DNA of 64,000 nucleotides from a virus: IMG/VR virus record IMGVR_UViG_3300050015_000702; one strand, written 5' to 3'. Each line of letters starts with the position of its first letter. The first letter of the stretch is position 1. Both the position numbers and the translations under genes were made by a program. The notes beneath the pieces were generated by a model that did not search any database, was not told the origin of the DNA, and was given only the letters and a program-made list of their open reading frames with translations. Below, piece after piece: positions 57,591 to 64,000 of this stretch.

Positions 57591-57820
57591 TATCTACTGT
57601 CTTTATCGTAAACATATCCAGAATGAGGATTTCCCCAGAATCCATGACCTGATTCTCTTTCAATGGATCCAATTGATGGCGAATAACAAGTGGGGACATC
57701 TTCTTCCATAGCTTTTAACCATTTAGTATCCTTGTCTTCTTGCATTATATCGGCAACAGTTTTGCCACATTTTATGCAAGGACCCCCATCTAATTCAAAT
57801 TTATGTTTGTGTCTTCTCAT
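57590..57820 (-). CDS. Hypothetical protein
   Basis: 76 aa, HKH..CIKCG; coupled to its neighbours. Confidence 0.55.
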   Translation of the reverse strand: MRRHKHKFELDGGPCIKCGKTVADIMQEDKDTKWLKAMEEDVPTCYSPSIGSIERESGHGFWGNPHSGYVYDKDSR

Positions 57821-58182
57821 GGTTCAATTACCTTAACAGCTTTTGCCTGATAGAATTTAAAGTCCTGATCTTCGTTTTCAAAACGAGCATCCATTTCACG
57901 TAAAATATAAAGGGGTTCCTTCAAAGCCGCAGCAACTATCTTCAACTTTTCCTCATCAAGAGTAAGGTCCAGATCGCCAAACCATACTTTGCCTCGAGAT
58001 TTTGTAACAATATTAGCATTGAATATTGCCAAATTACCTTTATGATTTTCCATGTATCCACTTTTGGAACCAGAAATCATTCTTCCCATCATAAACCCAT
58101 TGTCTCCAAAGAGTTTATACATATCGCCATCTGACATAAATTCAGACGGGAATACTTCGTTAACTAATTCTACTACTCCCAT
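57817..58182 (-). CDS. Hypothetical phage protein
   Basis: GRMISGSKS.Y, FNANI, VWFGDLDL, LYILREMD.RF. Confidence 0.65.
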   Translation of the reverse strand: MGVVELVNEVFPSEFMSDGDMYKLFGDNGFMMGRMISGSKSGYMENHKGNLAIFNANIVTKSRGKVWFGDLDLTLDEEKLKIVAAALKEPLYILREMDARFENEDQDFKFYQAKAVKVIEP

Positions 58183-58514
58183 TTTGATTTAAGTGTTTCG
58201 GTTTTTCTAACTTCCCTAAGAAAGTCTTCTTCAATTTTTCCTTTATAAATCCAACAAACAAAATATCTCTTGTCTGCTTTTCTCTTAAAAACATACCATT
58301 GTTCCATTTTGTCCCCATCCCCTCGTTCTTCCTGTAGATCCCAATATTCATAGGGGCAAGCTTCATCAACGGAAATCTCTTCATTAGCCCAATACATTAT
58401 AGCTTTTGCCATACCGGGTCTTGGGAACTCGGTTGAAGCACATACTTCAGTAAATTCTGGACTGAACTGTTTTATTGTATCAATAAATTCAAATAAATCA
58501 ATAAGTTCTTTCAT
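58173..58514 (-). CDS. Hypothetical protein
   Basis: 113-aa ORF directly after the gp47-like gene. Confidence 0.6.
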   Translation of the reverse strand: MKELIDLFEFIDTIKQFSPEFTEVCASTEFPRPGMAKAIMYWANEEISVDEACPYEYWDLQEERGDGDKMEQWYVFKRKADKRYFVCWIYKGKIEEDFLREVRKTETLKSKWE

Positions 58515-58518
58515 GATT

Positions 58519-59643
58519 TTAATTTAAAATATCTTCATCAGTTCCTTTACCTGCTTTTTCATAATATTCTTTGTTCATTAATTTTAGTCTAACAAGCATT
58601 TCCATCATGTGACCTAAATTATCAATAGAACTCTCAAGTAAAGACATAATATCTTTTATTTCTTCCCCATCGAGAAGTTCTCCGAAAGTTTCGTCAAGCT
58701 TCTTCTTTTCCCCTATGGTTTCTACCTTCTTATAGTTACACCCTTCTAAAAGTTCTGTAAATCTCGTTAAATTAAATAAATGGATGTATTTATCTGGTAC
58801 AATGATGTCGGTATAGTTGTTCTCCAATATTTTATGAGCCCTTTCAAGGGTCCATTCCATAAGATCTTCAAGCAATATTCTCTGAAAAACAGGGGACGTT
58901 TTGTTTGTAATAAACTCCGTTTTGTTATTTTGGGGATCAAAAATATAGAATCCTTTCTTGTTTCCAATATCACTTCTTTTTGTAGAATACGGTGAACCTA
59001 TGTACATAGCGTCCTTGTGCTCCTGGCGCTTATGTACGTGTCCGCTAAATAATCTTTTAACTCCTTTGATCCCACGTAGCCTAGCACCCTTTAGAATCTG
59101 TCTACCGTTATCGTAGTGTAGTCCAGATATATCAGCGTGTGCAAAGATATAATCAGCTGGATTTGCTTTAGCAACTAACTCTTCCTTCTCACTGTTTCCA
59201 ATCCAAGGAATAACAAGTATTTTGTTTTTACCGTTTGTTATTAAAACGGGTTTCTCATAAATCCTGACGTTTGGAATAAAACGAAACGCAGCCAATGAGT
59301 TTACATCGGTATCGTTTTTCTTATAAATGTCGTGGTTTCCTGTAAGAAAGTAAACAGGCAAAATATCCGCCAAATCAAAGATAGTATCAATTGATTTGTT
59401 CATAACATTAATATCCAGCAACTGTCTATTGTCAAACCAGTCGCCAAGAATAAAAAGAATATCGCCTTGCTTTACGTTTTCTTTTAGATAAGGTATGTAA
59501 ATTTTATAGAAGAAATCTAGCTGGTTCTTTAACCATTCCAGCGAATTAGCTCTAACCCCAAAGTGAAGGTCAGAAATAAGAAAGATCCTTTGATAATTGA
59601 TTTGTTCTATAATAGCTTCGTGCTCAAAGAGTTCAACATCCAT
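58519..59643 (-). CDS. SbcD/Mre11-like nuclease (T4 gp47-like)
   Basis: SDLHFG, LGDWFD, GNHD, FAH, SGHVH, YIGSP metallophosphoesterase motifs. Confidence 0.92.
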   Translation of the reverse strand: MDVELFEHEAIIEQINYQRIFLISDLHFGVRANSLEWLKNQLDFFYKIYIPYLKENVKQGDILFILGDWFDNRQLLDINVMNKSIDTIFDLADILPVYFLTGNHDIYKKNDTDVNSLAAFRFIPNVRIYEKPVLITNGKNKILVIPWIGNSEKEELVAKANPADYIFAHADISGLHYDNGRQILKGARLRGIKGVKRLFSGHVHKRQEHKDAMYIGSPYSTKRSDIGNKKGFYIFDPQNNKTEFITNKTSPVFQRILLEDLMEWTLERAHKILENNYTDIIVPDKYIHLFNLTRFTELLEGCNYKKVETIGEKKKLDETFGELLDGEEIKDIMSLLESSIDNLGHMMEMLVRLKLMNKEYYEKAGKGTDEDILN

Positions 59644-59666
59644 CTGTATAGAAATTTCATGTGATT

Positions 59667-59710
59667 GTTATATCAATAGAAAAGCCAAGAGTTTTAAAGT
59701 CTTGGCTTTT
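59667..59710 (-). promoter_or_regulatory. Composite terminator + AAACTC-N16-TATAAC promoter candidate
   Basis: AAAAGCCAAGA-ctttaaaac-TCTTGGCTTTT hairpin overlapping the -35. Confidence 0.55.
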
Positions 59711-59715
59711 AATGT

Positions 59716-60198
59716 TTAAAAAAGTTTTTTCGTCTTTATTCGACTTTGTATTTGACCTTTGTCAGTTAATTCCTTAAGTAATGATTCTTTGTCCAAAACT
59801 CCCACCTCAGCATAGAGTTGGTCATAGTTAATTTGAAAGAACTCAGCAAACCCTATAAAGATCTGCATACTGGAATAAGTTTTACATTCAGAGAGAACTT
59901 CTTTGAAGTAATAATACATCTTAGACATATCTCCCTTATCCACTCTACGCGGATTTTTATACTTAGCATAAAAGGGGGAATTCTGAAAGAACTTATATAG
60001 ATCTTCGTCTAATCGTTTCTCAACCCTCTTCTCCACTAAATTATCTGACAACTGATCTTCATACTGGGAAAAGATTCGATCATCGATCTTCATCAGTCCC
60101 GAAAATGCTTCATACTCAATCTCACCCGTATTATACGAGTTATTAAGAATTTTATCTTCTTTCATTGGTGTCCCTTCTTCTAGTTCAAAATCATTCAT
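59716..60198 (-). CDS. Hypothetical protein
   Basis: 160-aa ORF between the DnaB and gp47-like genes. Confidence 0.65.
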   Translation of the reverse strand: MNDFELEEGTPMKEDKILNNSYNTGEIEYEAFSGLMKIDDRIFSQYEDQLSDNLVEKRVEKRLDEDLYKFFQNSPFYAKYKNPRRVDKGDMSKMYYYFKEVLSECKTYSSMQIFIGFAEFFQINYDQLYAEVGVLDKESLLKELTDKGQIQSRIKTKKLF

Positions 60199-60225
60199 AT
60201 AAAAATATCGTTTTGGTACTATTTA

Positions 60226-61731
60226 TCAAAATAGTCCCATCGCGGTTTGTACAGTATCTTCTGGCTCCCCAGTTAAGCTTACTTCTTGGTTTGGATTTGG
60301 ATAATTACTTATTTTGGCAGCAATTGCACTTTCCCCAGATGGAAAATTATCTGGTCCATTTCCTTTAAAGTTGCTGGTTGATCCTCTCTTTTGATATTTG
60401 TTATTAACAGTATGAGCCATAATGTATTCCATGTCTTCAATTTGGCTGTTAGGATCTTCTTCAATACGAGAGAATTTACGATCAAATGTAAATAACTTTC
60501 GAGTATTTTCCAAACCGGAAACCCTATCCGCTAAGTATTTAAGGTAATTTAATCCTTGAGCTTTCATTTCCGGATTGGTTATGATACCAAATAGACCATC
60601 AACGGTGTGTAATAAAGCAGCAGATTCTGATACGTTTGCAATAGATAGATCCGATGTATCCCAGCCACCACGGTTTGTCTGAGTAGCTGTAATGATAGCC
60701 CAGTTTTCTTCTTGAGCAATAGCACGTAAGTCTTCACTGATTTGTTTAATCTTCATGTAAAGATTCTCAGTGTTTGGGTTACGCCAGTTCTTCATAATGT
60801 TAATGTAATCAACAAAAACATTCTCAAATTTGTAACCTAATATTTCCTGAGCTTTTACAAGATAGGCACGAAGGTCGGTGGTTCCCATTGTTGAAGAAGG
60901 GAATTCTTGGATGTGGAATTTTCCAAGTGGTTTAAAAGCGGTTGATTGAAGCTGGTTAAGCTTTGTTCTCATTAAGTCCGTGTCCTTACTTGCGGCTTTG
61001 TATTCATCCATAGGAATTGAAAGCATATTACTTCCAATACGCATGGCTATAATTTCTTTTTGAAGTTCAACTGTTATGTAAGCAGTATTGAATCCATTAT
61101 AAACGGAATGAGCTGCTAAATTACCAAGCCAGGTTGACTTACCGCATTTTGGCCCAGATAAGAATACAAATAAAGCTCCTTTCCACCATCCTCCATCAAG
61201 ACATTTGTCTATAAATGGATAACCTGTTGGTGTTGTAGCTAATCGATCCTGCTTATGAGACATTGGATCAAAGAAGTCATTACCAATTTTGAAAGAAAAA
61301 TCAATAGCAGTTTCCGTAGAAAACATGTGACGAATCTGCTCAACTACTTCTGCTGCATTCTCTGCTCCAACATTAGCAGTCTTCATGAATGCAATGGATT
61401 TCCTCATAACAAATTCGAGGTTTCTCATTCGTATCCAAGGACCCACATTATCATCTAACCATTTCTCCCCATACTGCTCCATTTGTTTTTTGGAGTTGTA
61501 TAAAGCAGCAATGACTTCATCTTGAATAGTAAGTCCTTTGATTCTTGCCAGTTCAGCGAGTTGTTCTTTTTCCGGGGGCTCTTTATAGTTAATTGTATGA
61601 TCTCTTGCTATATTGAAGAGATCCTTAAGAGTTGGGTTCGAAAAGAATTCCGGCTTCGCTGTATTAAGGAAGATTGGATTCTGTAAGATGTAGTGAAAAA
61701 ATACGGATTCTTGGTAAGAATTGACCCCCAT
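60226..61731 (-). CDS. Replicative DnaB-like helicase (T4 gp41-like)
   Basis: PTGYPFIDKCLDGG, SGPKCGKS, YITVEL, IQEFP, VFVDYINIM, ITATQTNRGG, SESAAL. Confidence 0.92.
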   Translation of the reverse strand: MGVNSYQESVFFHYILQNPIFLNTAKPEFFSNPTLKDLFNIARDHTINYKEPPEKEQLAELARIKGLTIQDEVIAALYNSKKQMEQYGEKWLDDNVGPWIRMRNLEFVMRKSIAFMKTANVGAENAAEVVEQIRHMFSTETAIDFSFKIGNDFFDPMSHKQDRLATTPTGYPFIDKCLDGGWWKGALFVFLSGPKCGKSTWLGNLAAHSVYNGFNTAYITVELQKEIIAMRIGSNMLSIPMDEYKAASKDTDLMRTKLNQLQSTAFKPLGKFHIQEFPSSTMGTTDLRAYLVKAQEILGYKFENVFVDYINIMKNWRNPNTENLYMKIKQISEDLRAIAQEENWAIITATQTNRGGWDTSDLSIANVSESAALLHTVDGLFGIITNPEMKAQGLNYLKYLADRVSGLENTRKLFTFDRKFSRIEEDPNSQIEDMEYIMAHTVNNKYQKRGSTSNFKGNGPDNFPSGESAIAAKISNYPNPNQEVSLTGEPEDTVQTAMGLF

Positions 61732-61758
61732 GTTTAGATATATATAATAAATGCTGTT

Positions 61759-62700
61759 ATGAAAATTATATGTAAAGAATGCAATAAAGTTCTTAATTCA
61801 TTTAAAGGTTTAACGACTCATATTCAGTTCAATCATAATAAGAAAGACTATTATGATAAGTATATGAAAAAAGAAGGAGAAGGTTTTTGCAAAATTTGTA
61901 ATAAGCCTACTGAATTTGATTCAGTAGGAAAAGGCTATCATATATTTTGTTCCAAAGAATGCCAAATTATTGATATTGGTAAAAATAATACCGAAATGTT
62001 TAAATTAATAGGGGAACAAATTACTCAGAAAAAGGAGCAGACAAATATGGAAAGATATGGGGTAAAAAATAATACACAAAGAAAAGAAATAATGGATCAA
62101 ATTAAGAAGACAAATTTAATATTATATAATGTTGAAAATGTTATTAATAATCAAGAGATATTTAATAAAGCTAAAAAGAAAAGAGAGGAAACCTGTTTTA
62201 ATCAGAATGGAGTAAAACACTATTTTCAAGTTGATTCGGTAAAAGAAAAAATTAGGAAAACTTGTATAAAAGTATATGGGGTAGGATCTGCATCTCAAAA
62301 TAAAGAGGTTCATGATAAACAACAAAAAAATTCCTGCTGGTCCAGAAAATATAAAAATACAAATATAAATTATCGAGCATCCTATGAATTAGATTTCTTA
62401 GAAAAATACTATAACGTATATCCAAATATTAAAAATGGTCCGAGAATCAAATATCTATTAGAAAATAAAGAACATTACTATTTTCCTGATTTTTATATTC
62501 CTTCTTTAAATTTAATTATAGAAATAAAAAATTCATATCTTGCTAAAAAACATAAAGAAACAATAGAAGCAAAAAGAAAAGCCACTATTTCTAATGGCTT
62601 TAATTATATTATGATTGTTGATAAAAATTATTCAGAAATAAGAAATGCTTATCCCCATGTTTTTCCACAATCTAAACATTCATCAATTTGTCCTCCTTGA
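61759..62700 (+). CDS. Homing-type endonuclease (paralogue of 42804..43790), opposite strand
   Basis: CKEC..H...H, CKIC, ERYGV repeats, SYELDFL, YFPDFYIPSLNLIIEIK; late motif at 61737-61752. Confidence 0.75.
   Translation: MKIICKECNKVLNSFKGLTTHIQFNHNKKDYYDKYMKKEGEGFCKICNKPTEFDSVGKGYHIFCSKECQIIDIGKNNTEMFKLIGEQITQKKEQTNMERYGVKNNTQRKEIMDQIKKTNLILYNVENVINNQEIFNKAKKKREETCFNQNGVKHYFQVDSVKEKIRKTCIKVYGVGSASQNKEVHDKQQKNSCWSRKYKNTNINYRASYELDFLEKYYNVYPNIKNGPRIKYLLENKEHYYFPDFYIPSLNLIIEIKNSYLAKKHKETIEAKRKATISNGFNYIMIVDKNYSEIRNAYPHVFPQSKHSSICPP
61765..61792 (-). promoter_or_regulatory. GAACTT-N16-TATAAT promoter candidate for the helicase, embedded antisense in the endonuclease ORF
   Basis: Exact match to the motif seen before gp55, DinG and gp47; 33 nt upstream of the helicase ATG. 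Confidence 0.55.
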
Positions 62701-63560
62701 TGAGAAGTAATTCTTGTGTGCTTACACTGGGGTTTTTCTAAATCCTCGTCTTCAAATTGTTTAAAAGCATCGGTTTCTCTTGGAACTAAATCAAATGAGA
62801 AAACTTTAAAGTTTTCAACTTCATTCTTTTCGTTAATATTCCCCGTTCCTCGAGATCTAAAAACAAATGGGGATTTTTCTCCTTGGTCCAGTGCTTCCTT
62901 AATCATCTTTCGAGCCTTTTCCCCCATCGGAGTTTGTAGAAGTTCAGCAGTTCCGATCAAAGTTTTTGTACTTGGGTCGTAATGAATTTCGGTTATTCGA
63001 TGAGATACTTGAGCAAGAGGGGTTTCACCATCAATACGATCTGGATAACCTAAACATCCGAGAGCATTGCTGTCATGAATAACTCTTTTAAAATCTTCAA
63101 AAGCACTTAAACATTTGGAAGAATACATTCTTCCATTGGCATTAATACGATCGAAATACATAAAAGTTCCGGTAAGAACTTTAGGATCGTTACTTTTTTT
63201 CTCTTTGTGGTGAGTATATGAAGAAGGGGTACGAACAACGGAGCGATCAGGGTGATTTAATTCCCCTATTTGATCGGTTAACACAATGCGTTCACCTCCG
63301 TGAGATAAATCATGGTATCCATCAAAACGTTCAACTTCATATCCTGTTTTGATAATTCTTACGGTATTTTCAAAAAGAAAAAGATCAAGGGATTCGCAGT
63401 CAATATCAGCGAATCTTAAATAAAGTTTAAGACCATGTTCTCCTGTTTCTTTCCAAATTGCTTGTTCGATATGATCTATGATCAAATTACCGGTATAAAG
63501 AGGATCCTTGGGTATTTGTCCAAGGATCCATTCTTCAAATGATTGGTAGTTTATTGCCAT
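62649..63560 (-). CDS. Prohead protease (T4 gp21-like) paralogue, apparently catalytically inactive
   Basis: NANGRMY, LGCLGYP (vs LGELNHP), VSHRI, L.TPMG, VFRSRGTG (vs VSSRG.G), FDLV. Confidence 0.7.
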   Translation of the reverse strand: MAINYQSFEEWILGQIPKDPLYTGNLIIDHIEQAIWKETGEHGLKLYLRFADIDCESLDLFLFENTVRIIKTGYEVERFDGYHDLSHGGERIVLTDQIGELNHPDRSVVRTPSSYTHHKEKKSNDPKVLTGTFMYFDRINANGRMYSSKCLSAFEDFKRVIHDSNALGCLGYPDRIDGETPLAQVSHRITEIHYDPSTKTLIGTAELLQTPMGEKARKMIKEALDQGEKSPFVFRSRGTGNINEKNEVENFKVFSFDLVPRETDAFKQFEDEDLEKPQCKHTRITSHQGGQIDECLDCGKTWG

Positions 63561-63823
63561 GGGTGTTTAAGTAAATGATATTTGGTCCATCCTTTGTGTT
63601 CGATGAATCCAAGTTCTTTAAGTTTATCCAGATCTTGCTCAAGGGTTTCAGCAATTCGGCATCTGGTTTTGAGACTTACCTCGTACTTGATAAAATCTTC
63701 TTCAAGTCGGGATTCCTTTTCGAGAAAGGATACAATTTCAAATAGTAAATCTTCAATGGTAGGGTCGTCAACAATGCCCAGAAGATTTTTAATCTTTATC
63801 TTCTTTCGATTTATCCCTTTCAT
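63551..63823 (-). CDS. Hypothetical protein (winged-helix-like C-terminus)
   Basis: 90 aa, LDKLKELGFIE...Y.L. Confidence 0.55.
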   Translation of the reverse strand: MKGINRKKIKIKNLLGIVDDPTIEDLLFEIVSFLEKESRLEEDFIKYEVSLKTRCRIAETLEQDLDKLKELGFIEHKGWTKYHLLKHPWQ

Positions 63824-64000
63824 ACTTTTTCTGTAGCTGTGGCAAGAATATCTGCTTCTTCCTCTTCTTCCTTAGTTGACATTTCCTGAGTAATCTCAGC
63901 TAAATCTTCAAGTGAAGTAATATCAGGAAGCATAAAGGTAGGCTTGATAGCTTTTTCATCAAGTTCTTCGAGAACTGCCTGGGTGAACACCTTGTCTGTA
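63820..64000 (-). CDS. C-terminal end of a gene running off the window (possibly a UvsX/RecA-like recombinase)
   Basis: Open frame TDKVFTQAVLEELDEKAIKPTFMLPD...EKV*, ATGA-coupled. Identity is inferred only from position near the helicase. Confidence 0.35.
   Translation of the reverse strand, partial: TDKVFTQAVLEELDEKAIKPTFMLPDITSLEDLAEITQEMSTKEEEEEADILATATEKV

Noticed and set aside
3903-62700. Group I introns or inteins housing the endonucleases
   Set aside because: Flanking genes (portal, gp2, gp46, DnaB, tmk, sigma) look complete, intergenic gaps are too short for intron cores, and no intein C/S...HN motifs were seen.
4015-63836. Numerous 60-145 aa ORFs antisense or out of frame within larger genes (e.g. 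26665-27099, 41894-42265, 49131-49463, 50515-50799)
   Set aside because: Shadow ORFs of biased coding strands, F/S/L-rich, with no promoter or motif support.
1-64000. Stop-codon reassignment (alternative genetic code)
   Set aside because: Long genes are intact in the standard code, and TAG and TGA end genes at sensible, tightly packed positions (e.g. 20881, 28886, 35661, 63820).

Overview
AT-rich 64 kb segment of a large T4-like (jumbo) myovirus genome read in the standard genetic code. The host is most likely in Bacteroidota: adhesins carry Ig_7/BACON-like domains, start regions are A-rich without SD, the tmRNA tag starts with GE, and exported proteins carry D-S/T-hydrophobic motifs. 1-20.9 kb (+) is a tail/baseplate/fibre module with a spanin-like gene. 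21-64 kb (mostly -) holds an ECF sigma, thymidylate kinase, portal (gp20), gp2, gp4, late sigma (gp55), gp15, acidic head proteins, a DinG-like helicase, gp46/gp47, DnaB/gp41 and an apparently dead gp21 protease paralogue. Eleven free-standing homing endonuclease genes (HEGs) are scattered through the window. Main finds: (1) a very compact, circularly permuted (two-piece) tmRNA gene with tag GETVNEMRMAA, abutting an endonuclease that is preceded by a second, decayed acceptor-arm copy; (2) a ~20-aa 'xE..FERxGxP..LxIG' module present 8 times on 7 mostly unrelated proteins, a candidate capsid-packaging/ejection tag; (3) a readable two-tier promoter system, with RAACTY-N16-TAKAA before replication genes and gp55, and ATATATAxATAAA before late genes and HEGs, the latter often inside AUG-occluding hairpins; (4) strong D-[ASGPVT]-S enrichment in outer virion proteins, a possible modification sequon; (5) several structured non-coding elements, including a tRNA-like fold with a stunted anticodon arm. 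All protein calls come from motif recognition by eye; no searches were run.
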